Positions 26,053 through 40,392 of a stretch of 64,000 bases of DNA are shown piece after piece. Under the pieces are notes generated by a model, which was given only the letters and a program-made list of their open reading frames with translations, ran no database searches and was not told the origin of the DNA. Both the position numbers and the translations under genes were made by a program. Within the stretch, counting starts at the first letter, position 1. Every line of letters starts with the position of its first letter. Location of the stretch: NCBI GenBank assembly GCA_016906335.1, contig JADEYG010000004.1:434001-498000 (forward strand), given 5' to 3'. This DNA comes from Novakomyces olei (taxonomy: Eukaryota).

Positions 26053-26774
26053 TCGAAGGCTTCCCTGTGGAGCTGTGATTCGGCGTGAAAGGCTGCGGTC
26101 GTGTTTTACCGCCCTTTTTTCTGTTTCAACAGCAAATGTCTATTGGAGAATCTGTGGGAAATAAAACGTGTTTTGATTAATCACAGCGCTCTGGCTTGTT
26201 GCGAAAATGTAGGTTTTTATCTCGACTCTTTATGCGCCAAGACTTGGGTTGGAGTCGGGCCAAACATTGTACTATTTGGACTGTTCAAGTACTTTACACT
26301 TTGCTTCAAGGCTGTTCAATTAAAAGGTCAAAAGATTATAGTGACATTTTGAAGACGACGCAAAGACTATAATAATTTGAGCATTCCGTTTACATTGACG
26401 GCTATTAAACTTGTGCCGTTAAACTTGTACCGTTAAACTTGTGGACATTGCTCCTCAGGATCACTTGTATAAGAGTCATCGCCCACCATTTGTCTATATA
26501 GATACAATAATCTCCAATTATAATTATAATATAATACTATATTCTGATGGCATTCGTATACGCACATGTAATAAAAAGCTCGCTTTATTAATTAATTAAT
26601 TAATTAATTAAGTGGCAGATTCACGTTGGTGAAATAAACCAATGTCGCTCACACAAACGATGAGCACACGTGTGTGACTAAAAGGCTGACGTTCCGGCGC
26701 CTTTACGCTTCAAATGCACCGACAATAAACTTTGGATCAGATCGACTTGGTGAGTATTGTTAGTGCTCGAAAGA

Positions 26775-29660
26775 ATGGCAGAATTTGCGCAGACGATCGC
26801 GACACGGCTCAGTGTGTTTGCCGAAAATGCGCGAGAGATCGCTCTCGAAGGCGCTCACGGCCGTCAGGCAAATACGGCCGCGCTTGAGCGGATGCTCGAG
26901 TCTCGCTCAGAGCGCGAGCGTATGGAGGGTCTTCGTAGTATCGTTTCGGTAAGCTTAACCTCTACAACTTATTTGCTGTTTCTAGTGCTGCTCGATTACC
27001 ACCAAGCACAGTCTCCGAATAAGCATGGATGGCTCTACTAAATAAAAGCAATACACTAATGTTAGATGATGGCAAAAGGGACAGACATGTCGCAGTATTT
27101 TGCGTCTGTTGTGAAAAACGTGGCTACTCCCTCGATCGAAATGCGAAAGCTTGTATATATCTATTTGGCGGCCTATTCTGAATCAGACCCCGATATGGCT
27201 CTTATGACTGTAAACACTTTCCAAAAGGCTTTGAGCGACAAAAATCAGATTGTACGTGCTTTTGCGATTCGCGTAATGAGCAGCCTGCGTGTACCTGCGA
27301 TCTCTGGTATCGTAGTACTGGGCGTTAAAAAGTGTCTGGCCGACTTGAGCCCATTTGTACGGCAAGCCAGTGTTGTTGCTATACCAAAATGCTGGAGACT
27401 CGATGCCTCTCACGTGGACCAGTTGTTGGATCTTTTGAGCATTGCCCTCACTGATCGCTCACCAATTGTTATTTCTTCTGCTATTGCGGTTTTTACGGAG
27501 ATATGCCCGGACAGATATGATATGATCCATCCTCATTACCGACGATTTTGTCAAATGCTGCTTGATTTTGATGACTGGGGCCAGTGCAGGTTCATGACCT
27601 TGATGCTGTCTTATTGCCGGAAATGTTTCCCGAATCCAGGCGATTCTGTTATTGAGAACGATAAAGCGAAACGGCGATCGGGCCGACGACGTCATACTGG
27701 TTCTGCTTTTTATAGCGATGAGGAAAGCGACGAAGAGGTTCAGGAAACGGCCACCGATCCTGATCATGAATTTTTGCTGAATGTGGCCCGGGTTTTACTG
27801 CATTCACGTAGCTCTTGTGTACGTTTTGATATAAGAAAATATATTTGGAAATGGTGTAAAATTGAACACCAATCAAATCAAAAGCAAACCAAATCAAAGT
27901 CAAAATCTTAATTTAGTTTCAAAACCGTTTTTCGTTTTTGCTAATATCAAGGTTGTACTGGCTGCTGTTGCTTTGTTTTATCATACCGCCCCGTCTGCAG
28001 ATCTTGCTGTAGTAGCTGACCCGCTAATGGCGCAGTTGGCTTTGTCCAGTGGCGAGGAGCTTATCGTATTACAGCACATTGCTGTAATTAGTCTGCATTA
28101 TCCAAATTTATTTGCTCCATTTTATAATGAATTTTTTGTTGTTCCTGAAGACGAGCGGGATATCTGGTCTTTGAAATTGGAAATTCTCGGCCTCATTGTG
28201 AACGGGGAAAATGTCGAAGCTATAATCACCGAATTGTGGTATCTTTCAAAATTACAGTTTGAACGAGGACTTGCTGGTGCTGCTGTAAATGCAATTGGCG
28301 TCACTGCTGCAGCAGTACCGGCCGTAAGTGAGCGCTGCATGGCCGGCCTTTTAGATAATATCAAAAAAGGCAATGGTAGGAGAGTTATTTATTTATTCAG
28401 TTTTTTTTTGTTTATGCTATTGGCTAAAGAGTAAAAGGCGTGGTTAAAGAATCTTCTGATGTATTGCGCCGACTACTCCAAACATCACCGGAACAAAATG
28501 TAACGATAATGACGGAAATCGTACGTATTTTAGATCAAATTAAAGTACCTGGAGCGAGGGCGAATGCAATTTGGATTGTAGCAGAAAATATTCCGCTTTT
28601 ATCCGTCTATGCGCCAGATGTTTTGCGATTGTGCGCAAAGTCTTTTGCTTCGGAAACGGACTCTGTAAAATTTGCTATAATTGAATTAGCAAGCAAGATG
28701 CAGCTTTTAAATGCTCTGCACATGATAACAGCGGCTAATACTCCAAATGATAATGCCAACAGTGGAGAGCATAGTACAAAAATAGACGAAGCAAATCAGC
28801 AGAACAGTGCAAAGGTCTCCTCGGCACGGTTTGGATTTGGTACAGAGCTTGAAAATGGGTTTGTAGATCAGAATACCAGCGGATATAAGGCAGAAAAAGA
28901 GCAGGAAAAAGGAAACCGTGAAGACGGCGGAGATGAGGGGCCAAACCAAGAGTGGCAAGAAGATGAAAAAGTACGAGAAAGAGAAAGAGAAGAAAAAGAA
29001 AATAAAGAAAACGAAAGAGGTGGTAGGCCAACATTGCAACCCTCTGAAATAATTCCGCTGCTTTTTGCGTACATTATCGAAATGGCGCGTTACGATGTGT
29101 CATTTAGTGTTCGCGATAGAGCGAGCTTTTATGCTCAGTTATTGAAAACACCGGAGCTAGAGCTGACGAGGAATATTGTACTTGTCCCAAAACCTGCTTC
29201 ACAGCAATGGGGGACCATTGCACAGACGAGGGCATCTTTTACATTTAACACTACTGCTCTAGTTGTAGGCCGCGCTCTTCCAGGGTACAAGTCTCTCCCT
29301 GACTGGGCGACAGAGGCTGAACGGCCTCCGTCTGATGTGCGGGATACGGGCCGAGCGCCTGAGCTTGAAAGGGAGGAGTCCCTTGCCTCTGAGAGTACAA
29401 TGGCGGGGCCTTTTGGACAGAGCGGAAGCAGGGCCGATAGTCCCGGCGACGTTGCTCAGCGTGAACTTGCTCAGCAGCCAAGAGGCCATGTCGGGCTACA
29501 GAGCCTTGATGACTTTTTCAATTCTGCTTCTGAGGAAGAAATCGAGGAGGAAGAAAGGCGGACAGATGAAGCGGTACACTCTGTCGGATCTGCGACTGAG
29601 AGCGAGTATGAAATAGAGTACGTTACGGAAACCGAGTCGGAGGAGGATGAGAATGTATGA
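26775..29660 (+). CDS. APL6: AP-3 adaptor complex beta subunit
   Basis: FASVVKNVA, KLVYIYL, IHPHYRR.C.ML.DFDDWGQ, ARYD.SFSVRDRA, GYKSLPDW; three introns. Confidence 0.9.
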
Positions 29661-29989
29661 AATCGATATTTATGTGGTACATTCATATTCAACACATCTT
29701 TAATTAAATACAATTTTCATCTTTAACCAAGTGCTCGATTCTAACTAATAACGCATACTGAAATCAGGACAATTTTATTCGACAGTAGATTGGTATTTAC
29801 AGGGTATGTTGTGACAAAAATACGCAACACAAACAAGCTACTAGAGCCAACAGCTAAAGTAGATAAAATCTAGAAATAAAAGAGGTAAAAATCTAAAAAT
29901 ACATACAAGGTAGACAGTCTTAACCACCTCCTTCACCGTCCTCATACATTTGCCGCTACAGCAGCCAACCCAATCGCTCACCGAGTCGC

Positions 29990-32117
29990 TCAAGTACGAT
30001 TCGGCTCTTGTGGAGAATCGCTCGTTTGCCGCTCAACAATATCTTGTCGTTTCACATCACAGTCTTCTATAAGGCCCATCTCGTGTGAGCCAGTAGCGTC
30101 TCCGTCGCTATCTGCATTGTCCCCCAGAGTGTTTAGGGAGTAGATGTCGTTTCCTCCTCTTTCCAAGTCTGCATTGCCCTTTACACGATTATCCATTTCG
30201 TAATTATCTTTATGAATATCATTTTCGTTATTGTTATTTTCGTGATTGTCATTTTTGTGATTGTCATTTTCGCGATTGTTGTTGCCAGTATTCGCCTTCT
30301 TCACCTTATCGTCGTCACTCTTGAGCTCAACGTGGCGGACGAGCAAGCTAAGGAGGAAGCACACACCGGCAATGGGAACGTACATTATAAAGACGATATG
30401 CAGCACATTCCCGTACCCCTGTGCGACGATATCGGCCTCGTGAGGCGAAAGGTCCTGCAGGACAGCGGAGCTGACACCATTGTCAATAACAATCTGTATA
30501 GTCTCCTTTGACAGGCCTAAATCCTGCAGCTGTTGAGGGATCAGATTGTTTACAATGGACCCGCACACGACAAGGCCAAAAGCGCCGCCCATAGTCCGAC
30601 TAAACGTACGGAACCCAGTAACAACTGCTCTGTCTTTGGCTGGAGAATTTGCCTGGGCTGCCACGAGGGTTGTCTGGAACGTGGCTCCTATCCCGAGTCC
30701 CTGTATGACGAGGAAGGCAGCAATCCTTGCCAGACTCTGTGGATCATCGACAAAAGTTGTCTGCAGCCCGAGCCCGATTATCCATAGGGCATAGCCCGCC
30801 TGGAACACGGGGTTGTACCTGCCAAATTTCGTTACTAGGAACCCAGCGGCAGTGGAGGCCACTGTCTGGCACACTATAAGAGGCAGCAAGAGTACTCCAG
30901 CCCGGACAGGTGACGTGTGCAGTACCGACTGGTAGTAGACAGGCAAGTAGTACAGCTGTGCATAGTAAATGACGCCAGTCAGCAGTGTCTGGGCGTAGAC
31001 AGAGACGACGGACGTGTTGCGGAAGAGCCGGAGAGGCACTATAGGCAAAACTGCCCACCGCCACTCCCAAACGATAAAGGCGGCAAACAGTGTGACCGAC
31101 AGCACCAGCAAAACGATAACAATGGCCGAGTCCCAGGCGTAAGTATTGCCGCCGGCTGATATGGGGATGAGTAGGAAAATAGTGGCTGCCAGCACGAGAA
31201 AACTGCCTACGAAATCGACTTTTGCTACTTTACGCTTGATGCCACCAGAGACGGGTTGGATGGGCAGCAGGAATATGATAATAACGATAGAGACGACGGT
31301 AATGGGCACTGTAAACCAAAACACCCATTTCCAAGAGACGCTCTGGGCAAAAGCACCGCCTACCAGCGGACCCAGGCCACTGGCCAGTCCTACAGCCGAG
31401 CCTAAAAGGCCCTGGTAGCGGCCACGCTCGCGCAGGCTTACAACATCGCTGAATATAATCATAACTAGCGTATTTATGCCCGCGCCTCCCGCCCCAGCGA
31501 TGCCACGGAATACGGCTATAGTGCCAAGGGAAGTGGCAAACCCACACAGCAGATTGCCCAGGGCAAAAATGGCCAGGGCCGCACACAGGCAGGATTTGCG
31601 GCCAAATATATCGCTGATACGGCCATAGAGCGGTTGAAAGGCAGTAGTAGAAATGAGGAAGGATGTGCCTATCCAGTTGCTCTGCTTGTTGATATTGAGA
31701 TCTTGGCTGATGATGGGGATTGCCGTGGACACGCTCGTCTGGTCGAGAAAGGCAAGGAACAGCGCCAGCTGCATACCGAAAAATACAAGCAATAGTTTTT
31801 TCAACGGCAGCCTGTAGCTTTGATCTGTCGCGATTAATAAATAAGCGAAAATAGGAGTATAAGAGGAATGAAAAAGGAGCAGAAGGGCAGAAGAGCAGAA
31901 GAGTAGAAGAGCAGAAGAGGAATAGAAGAGAAAGAGACAAAATTCTGGAAAAGTAGGAGCAAAAAAAAAGGCGTCAAGAGACGAGTATGTATATCTCGAT
32001 CAAATTACCCTGCAAACTCGAGCGCGTCCTGTGCATGTCGACAGGCGCCTGCGACGCGCCGCCAACGGCCGTCTCGCGACGGCTCAGTCTTTCCTGCTCT
32101 TCATTCGGGTGCGACAT
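29990..32117 (-). CDS. MFS drug:H+ antiporter (DHA2, 14-TM)
   Basis: LDQTSVSTAIP, YGRISDIFGRK, DVVSLRERGRYQG, GPLVGGAF; upstream exon from ATG 32117 splices to ..SLQDQSYRLPLKK. Confidence 0.88.
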
Positions 32118-32698
32118 AAAGCGCTGGTTCAAACCGATCCATAGGCGGACGACCGAATCTGCTGTGACTTGGATAGTCTTGCCGAATCTCCTCTCTTTTC
32201 TGCGCCTTATTTATTCGTGGCAATGACACACCGAACCGTGCACTTGGCACATTTGCACTAAAGAGGTACAATTTGCCGGGCTGAATTGGGTAATGGTAGG
32301 CGATTATTGCGGGCGGTAGGATTTATGTGATTATTGCAAAAGAGCTCGTATAGCCCACGACAGATGTAATGTACTCGTGTAGATTACTTGAGCGTGGGCG
32401 AAGATCTGATATCGCTGCGTGCTTTATCTACATCTATAATATTACTCACTTATTCCATAATAATATTAGAATAAGGGATAGTGTGCTGATGATAGTCGCT
32501 CCTGGATAAGGAACTAGGCTCGCTACAATATATATGGCACTGAAATAGGTAAAAATTCCAATAGGTTTATTATGCTGGCAGTCAGTGGACGGGTTGGCCC
32601 GCCCACTGTCAAGGAAAGGGTACTGGAATGATTTGGTTAAGATATACATACAATGCTAAATGCCTGCTTCAAGCTTTCGGCCAGAGCCGTCCGTCTAT

Positions 32699-33439
32699 TT
32701 AAGCCTTTTTCCCAATTTCAAGTTGCCAAGTGAAATCGAGATGCGTAGTGTTGTCGTCGTCGACGAATTTAGAGCGCACATCATACTTGCCTCTTGCCAG
32801 CATTCCTTTCGGAGCCTCTTCCCATGAAACTGACACCCGTGTTTAGTAGAGGATTTAACAGGTACATTTAAACATACACTTTTTCTCATACGGCTCAGGC
32901 CGCGGAGCATAACTGCCAAACATCTCGTCGCTCTTGTCGACTGTGAACAGGTTGCGCTTGACCAACTGCAAGTACCGCAGTCCAGACACGACGTCGTTAA
33001 AGACTCTAAATTTGGCTTTCATCCGGTACGTTATTCCCTCTGGAATTACAAACGGCTCTTTTCGAAGCTTCTCCATTGCGCCTTGCATGTCAGGAATCAC
33101 AGACGGAAGGAATACAAGATGATAAAAGCTGGAGCAGGAACTGCAAGTACACTGCAACGAGGCCTATACGCTTTTGCATAGAAACATCAACCTACCATCA
33201 GCAGTTAAATCAAACACAATATCCGGCCGGCCGTCAATTTCTAAGGCGAAACTTTCGACCTCTAATCGAGCAGCACCAGTCGCAGGGACGGCAGCCTTGT
33301 CTGCCGTAATCCCGAGTGACTCTTTCCAGCGCCGTAAAGACTCGTCCCCAGCGTCCAATGACGCGTACTCCTCGAGAGTTTTTCTCTCGCCAGGCGTGTA
33401 GCCCTCCGTTTTCTCCGCCTGTAGCTCGTCCTGCTCCAT
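32699..33439 (-). CDS. RDI1: Rho GDP-dissociation inhibitor
   Basis: LDAGDESLRRWKESLG, VSGLRYLQLVKR, GSYAP, EEAPKGMLARG; two introns. Confidence 0.93.
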
Positions 33440-33963
33440 TCTACGCTTCGCGTCTTTACACGATGTAATGGCTTTATTACAGGAAATGCTATACCGACGC
33501 TACACTCCGTATAACCTTGGGCTTTGGCTTTTCGTTACTTGGAATTACCGCGCTGAAATAACAAAGGATTTCTTCTTTTTGTAGGTTATTGATAAAATTA
33601 ATTTTCAAGCAGATTTTACATAATCGCAGTGTTGGTAATAATCGTCAAATTATTCATACGCGCTACGGAAGACGAGAGGGTATAATACTGTGCAGTCTCA
33701 TAAATTATTATATTTGATCTATGCTTTCACAGAGAGCAATTCAATTTTCCTGTCTTTAGGCCGTAGCTTCCTGCCATTCTTATCTTGTGGCCATTACCCA
33801 GACTCATTTAGGCTAATTTTCATACGATAGTGTTTGACTTTTTTCAGTGCGCTCGCCCCAACACTAATCTATAAATACCCGGCTGTGCCTTTCTCCCTGT
33901 CTCCTCTAGCCAGCGCTTACGTCAGTCCAATGCGCATGATTTGGCCATCGTCGAGACGCTTCT

Positions 33964-34374
33964 CTACCAAGAAGCTTTTCTGACGGATCAGTCGAGTTAT
34001 TGTAAAAACACTTACTTGACACCGGGTAAAAGTCCTGCTAAAGCATTAAGTCTGAACGGAAACTGGAAGAGTCAGCTCAATTTCTACTTAACAAGTCGTT
34101 GTTTGCTTACTCTTGCCAACCGAAATTCACGAAACACGCCTCTCGCCCGGCCAGTCTCAACACACCGATTCTGTACCGCTGTTTTGCGTGTGGCAATTGG
34201 CATTGAATTGAGTTGAAGTTGTGCCTTCATCCGTACTCGCGGGGGGAGTGTAGTGTTCCGGATAATGTACCGTAGCGCTTGACGCTCGGGTTCATTTTCC
34301 GCGACCATGCGCCGCTTGTACATGTCCTTGAGGACACGCCAGCTCGTATTGCCGACGTAAATGTTGCGAGCCAT
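33964..34374 (-). CDS. MRP2: Mitochondrial ribosomal protein uS14m
   Basis: NRCVETGRARGV..FRLAR|FPFRLNALAGLLPGVK|KASW*; two introns. Confidence 0.9.
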
Positions 34375-34607
34375 GCTGAAGAGATCTGTTGAGTTATGAA
34401 TATATGAATTTTATGAATATGTGAATTTTATGAATTTATATTATGAGAATACTTGCTCCTCATATAGATTATTCAATCTTCATAATATGATAATATTTTT
34501 TAGAGTATTACGTATGGTCGACGATAATATATAAGCATAGATCAATAAATAGGTCAATAGTACAATTACAAAATTTTACTCTGCACCTCCGAAACAGAGG
34601 TACGGTC

Positions 34608-35416
34608 ATGGTTTCCGTACAACAAATAGTTGCCGCCACCGCTGTCTCCGGCCTCGCTCTGCTAGCAGGTATAATTTATATAAACTAATGGAATCATATT
34701 AACTCACGAGGCTATGCGGTGTATTTTGATTACAAGCGGCACCACGATGTCGAATTTCGCAAAGCTTTGAGTAATAAGTCGCTATTCGCGCTTGTATACT
34801 AAATGTGGCAGAGCGGGACAAGAAAAAGTTGGCAAAGGCGGAAAAAGCCGTTCAGCAAGCGGGAGCTCGTGCTCAAGAAGAGGCGATTGATACCGCTTGG
34901 AAATCTTTCCGGAACGAAGAATTGCCCAAGAAAGTCGAGAGCCGTGAAGCTTTCTTTATGCAAGAAGTGGCTAAAGGCGAATCGCTTATTCAGGAAGGTG
35001 AGCCGCTGAGCTAATACCTTTTTTTTCTTCACTCATGTTGGCTGTTTAGTCTTTATATTGTTTTATCCTCTGTATCCATTTCGTTTTATACAATATGTCA
35101 TCTTCTAGTACTGTTTTTATCTCTGTATTTCATCTTTCATGCTTGTTTTATTTATTATTTTTCTTTCCAATACTATTCAGCCATGCTATGGATATTTGTT
35201 TCTGGTTAATTATTGATTGAATAACACTAATGTCCAGGCGAGGATTACATTGTCGATTCGGCAGTCTCTTTCTATCGCGCATTGAGAATGTACCCCAGCC
35301 CGAACGAGCTCCTTCTCATCTATGAGAACACTTTACCTGCCGAGGTTAACCGTATAATCAAGAGCTTCCGTGAAAAGGACGCTAAAGCGGCCGCTGCCGC
35401 TGACGGTCCGGAATAA
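34608..35416 (+). CDS. TOM20: Mitochondrial import receptor Tom20
   Basis: TM anchor followed by GYAVYFDYKRHHD.EFRKAL, FFMQEVAKGE.L, FYRALRMYPSPNELL.IY; three introns. Confidence 0.9.
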
Positions 35417-35747
35417 TCTAAAGAATAATTACAGGAAAGAGAGAAATATGTTGCTGCACACAGCCCAGTGTGGCCAGAACCAATGTTCTGGCCAGGGTTA
35501 GAGATTCCCAAAGGATTCCAATACTTTTATCTTTCATATTGTACACTGAGCTTCTTTTGTCAACAGACTCCGACAGCCGTTTAATGTTAATGACCTTTGA
35601 ATACATGTCAATCCATATGGTAAATGTATAACAGCTTTTTGCAGCAGATTCGTTAAACGTAAAGACGTCAGCCCGTTGATCAAGGATCAGCAAACAGCGT
35701 GTAATTGTCGATGTCTCTTGTATGACGCAAGACACAAATTTCATATA

Positions 35748-37091
35748 CTAAACGCTCTTGCCCTTTCCCTCCTCTGGAGCAAGTTTACGTATGAAAACTC
35801 CATCTGTATCCGCTTTCTTGGACGCCTCGTCACGTACAGGCCAGGCAGCAGCGGCATTTCGCTGTTGCTCCTGCTGGTTTAAATCTGCACAGGTTCCCAC
35901 TGCCAGGTACTGCCCGTCTTTTGCAAACGCCAGTTGAGAAATTGCCGACGGGTAACGATGGTACTGCTTCAGCCGCTTCTTTGATACCGGGTCCCAAAGT
36001 GCCACGTAGCCATCACCCCCGCCAGTGGCAAAAGTACCATAGCTTGGATGAAACTCTATAGCATTTACTGGATATACTACGTCCACGCCTTGCTCATTCT
36101 GCCGATGGCATTTGAAGGCAAACCGATGCGCTTGTACGTCGCTCGACGGGTTGAAGAATTCGATAGCCACACGGCCCTCTACGCTCGACGTGGCGTAGCC
36201 TAAAGTCAGATGGTCAGTGTACAATTCGGATTTATTACATTTAATTTCATATTTTTTTAGCTTCATATCGATTTTTATTTTTATTTTATTTTTTTTTTTT
36301 CAATTTTTTTTTCAATTTTTTTTAATTTAATGTTTTCTTTTCCTTCCTCCTTCCCTTGTTCATACCGGCTCCATCGGGCATGCAGGCCACGGTCCGCGTC
36401 ATATACTTCAAACTCGACTCGCGTATTTGCAGAGGCTCACGCGTATTGCGCGGGTCATAAATGTGAAAAAGACGCTGGGCCATAGCGGCCACGATATAAT
36501 TGTGGGAGGTGGAAATGCGGTAAACTTTCTCCGGCAACTGTACATAGCCGGCACAATTGCCATCGCGGCCTTGTCGCGTATCCCACAGACGCATGGTCTT
36601 GTCCCAAGAGCCAGACACTAGTAGGCCTATACATGTATTAGTAAGGGTTAAAAGCAAGACGGAGCATCAAGTCTGGCAAAGTTCATGCTAGACATATACG
36701 GCAAACCACGGGACCAAAACATAGTGTCTTTCTTACCCACTTGATCGTTGTACGCTATTGTTGACACGGTATCGTCATGCATCGCTACAGTACTGTCGTC
36801 GCCCGTATCGAGATCAAAGCATTTGATCCCACAGCTGAAGCCGCCATAGTACGCGTGTAAGCCGTCGCTAAAACAGCAGGCAAGCAATGGAGCCGTGTCC
36901 CGCGCTTGAGCAATCAAGGCGCCACCTGACGGCTCGGCCTGGGCATTAGCAGCCAGTATAGACGCCTGTGTGTCGTAGAGCCGTAAGGTCTTGTCCCACG
37001 ACGTGACTAGCAGATGCTCGTTATTAGCAGGACTAAAATCGACACCTGTGATCCCATCTTCGGGGCCATTACGCAGCCGCCACTGCCACAT
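35748..37091 (-). CDS. BUB3: Spindle checkpoint WD40 protein Bub3
   Basis: LLVTSWD, RESSLKYMTR, SSVEGRVAIEF, FAFKCHR, VYPVNAIEFHP.YGTFATGGGDG; two introns. Confidence 0.9.
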
Positions 37092-37404
37092 CTCTAACGG
37101 CCATACACTGACCGCGTTGTTTACAACCACGTTTACTGCCTTATTTATTTAATTCATTCTTGTTATAAGGATCGCTAGCCTATATACTATGGAGCGTATC
37201 GTGGAATGAATATTAATGGAATAACGAACGCGTGTATACACGTTTAAAATGAATATATATATTGTATTCAAATCTTTTTTATAATAATAATAAAATAAAC
37301 AAATAATAAATAAATAGAATAAATGATAAATAATTAAAAAGAACCAATAATCTAAATACAATATTAATATAATTAATAATATTTGCACATTATTGTCATA
37401 TTGT

Positions 37405-37676
37405 GTATTGTATTGTATTGTATTGTATTGTATTGTATTGTATTGTATTGTATTGTATTGTATTGTATTGTATTGTATTGTATTGTATTGTATTGTATTG
37501 TATTGTATTGTATTGTATTGTATTGTATTGTATTGTATTGTATTGTATTGTATTGTATTGTATTGTATTGTATTGTATTGTATTGTATTGTATTGTATTG
37601 TATTGTATTGTATTGTATTGTATTGTATTGTATTGTATTGTATTGTATTGTATTGTATTGTATTGTATTGTATTGT
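37405..37676. repeat. (TATTG)n microsatellite, about 54 copies
   Basis: Directly visible. Confidence 0.97.
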
Positions 37677-37954
37677 AGAATATAGGGTAAAATACCACAA
37701 ACATAACGATCTACAAGCGCTCACCGAGAGCTGCGGAGCACAAGCCAATCGGGCGGTCGACTGTCTTTGCAGAATCGAGGTGACTCTTATTGGACGGGAA
37801 TTTGGTTGACGCAAAGGTGTGAATTGTTTCATTACAAGACGTAGAGGAGGTCGAGATCAGGTTCCATTGGTTTTCATTGTAAGCTTTTACGTGGCCACAG
37901 ATCGTTACGACAACAGTCTAAAATTTCCAAAACGACCCGCAGTTAAAAGCGAAA

Positions 37955-38842
<888 letters not shown>

Positions 38843-39061
38843 ATGTACATTTATTCAGGACCTCGTTCATTACCAACTTCTTCATTTGTTTTTGTTGCAC
38901 TTTAACGCATGCTTTTATTGCAGTACAGGCGGTCGTTCCGGCAAAGAACGCTTTCATACGTCAATAAAATCTTGACTTTGCGTGTCAAGTTGTTTGCTTA
39001 GTCTATCAGAGGACAGGAATATACTTCCAAATGGCACATTAAATATGGAAAAGATGTATTT

Positions 39062-39149
39062 AAACGGGCAGTGTTAGAGCTAACTTCAAGTAACTTCTAG
39101 GGCAGCTGTTGGTTATCCTAGACCAGCCTTGCGTAGCTGGTGCCCGTTT
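39062..39149. ncRNA. Candidate structured RNA element (multi-branch stem)
   Basis: Closing stem AAACGGGCA/TGCCCGTTT enclosing CTAGG/CCTAG and ACCAGC/GCTGGT hairpins; family not recognised. Confidence 0.25.
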
Positions 39150-39430
39150 TTATCCAGATGATCGCTTTTGTAGAGCTTAGTGATTAGTCAATTGTTCGGC
39201 AATCTTCAAACTGTAATAGATGATAGGCAAAAGAGTTCATAAATGAATAATATACGAAAAAAATGATTCACTTTTACACAATTTCTTGCCTTCAACGATA
39301 ACTGTCTATAATAATAGTGTGATGTAATAATAAAATCCATTGAGCATTTCCTACTTATCACTATGTAATAGTTGACAATTATTACTATTGCAAGTCGTAG
39401 TACTGTGCTCAATTGAGCAGGAAGCGAATC

Positions 39431-40392
39431 ATGTTTGGCGCGATATGTGCCGGTAAGTCAAGTTTCTGGAATTGCCACTAATTTTTGTAGGAAGATTGGG
39501 TAAGTTCAACAAGTTTTGGGCTGTTTTGTATTCTGATTGCGAAAAGTACAAACGAATCTACAGCAGGTACGGATAAAGAGAATTGCGGCAAGCAGCCTAA
39601 TTTCTAGCTGAGCGAAACCGATTTCGTGTTTCAATTGGAAGATGCTGCAAACATAAACCATATTGTAGTTTTCCTTTTACCAACAACACCTTTTCCTGAC
39701 AATTTCGGGGCGACCGTATATTTTCAGTGGCCGGGACGAGAGTTTCAACTTTTAGGAGGGTATTAAATATACAATGAAAGAATCCGTTTAATAGTTTTTT
39801 TTTCTTTATTTTTTGGTCCTTGCTTTGGTTGCCAATCGATAGTCAGACTCACAGGCCTGTCGTGCTTGCGACTGAATTTATTTTTTATCTGCTGGTTAAT
39901 TCGCTAATAAATGTTCAGTTTATCAAACGCGAAACCAAGCGCGATATTTCGCGTGCGAAATGGTAATAACCCTGTACCAGTGGGTCCTGTAGTAGCCAAT
40001 CTTGGTATCTCCGTTGCGTCTTTGCCTTTGATACAGCAACAGCTCGAAGTAAGTGGACTCGGGACGGGAAGTAATGTGGAAAATGCTACAAATGCCATTG
40101 CAAAGGCTCCGCCATCGATTCCGGTATTAGCAGAACGAATTTTAAGAAATCTGTATAATTATTTGGCTGGGTTTGCCACCAATCATCTACCTCCTGGAGC
40201 CCAGGGGTTAGGGAGTATTAGGCCCGGTGACAGTTACGTTCCGTTACAGGTGAGTGCTCAATACCAATTTTTGTTTTAATTCCTATTTTTTAATTCATTT
40301 ATTAACGTATGAAGGCGTTTCAAGAATGGCATCAAAAGTTTTCGTCAAAGATCCAGATGGACCCAGGTTTCCTTGACCGCGATGACGCATAG
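39431..40392 (+). CDS. OPI10: Hikeshi/Opi10 (DUF775) Hsp70 nuclear import carrier
   Basis: Six exons: MFGAICAG|RL|VQTNLQQ|..INHIVVFLLP..GATVYFQWPG..LLGG|LSNAKPSAIFR..NLYNYLAGF|AFQEWHQKF..DPGFL. Confidence 0.9.

Noticed and set aside
33461..33476. TGTAATGGCTT resembling the 5' end of fungal SRP RNA
   Set aside because: Lies in the RDI1 leader region and no helix-8 motif follows
37405..37676. Regular arrays as possible CRISPR or telomere
   Set aside because: Pure 5-mer repeats with no spacers and no cas genes, in a eukaryotic context and internal to promoters
38980..39030. ATATTCCT on the - strand resembling the snR30/U17 m1 motif
   Set aside because: m2 (AAACCAU) matches poorly and the enclosing stem is weak; would need an Rfam hit
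39078..39095. CTTCAA loop suggesting tRNA-Sec
   Set aside because: No D arm or T arm in the correct order, and no in-frame UGA selenoprotein or SECIS found
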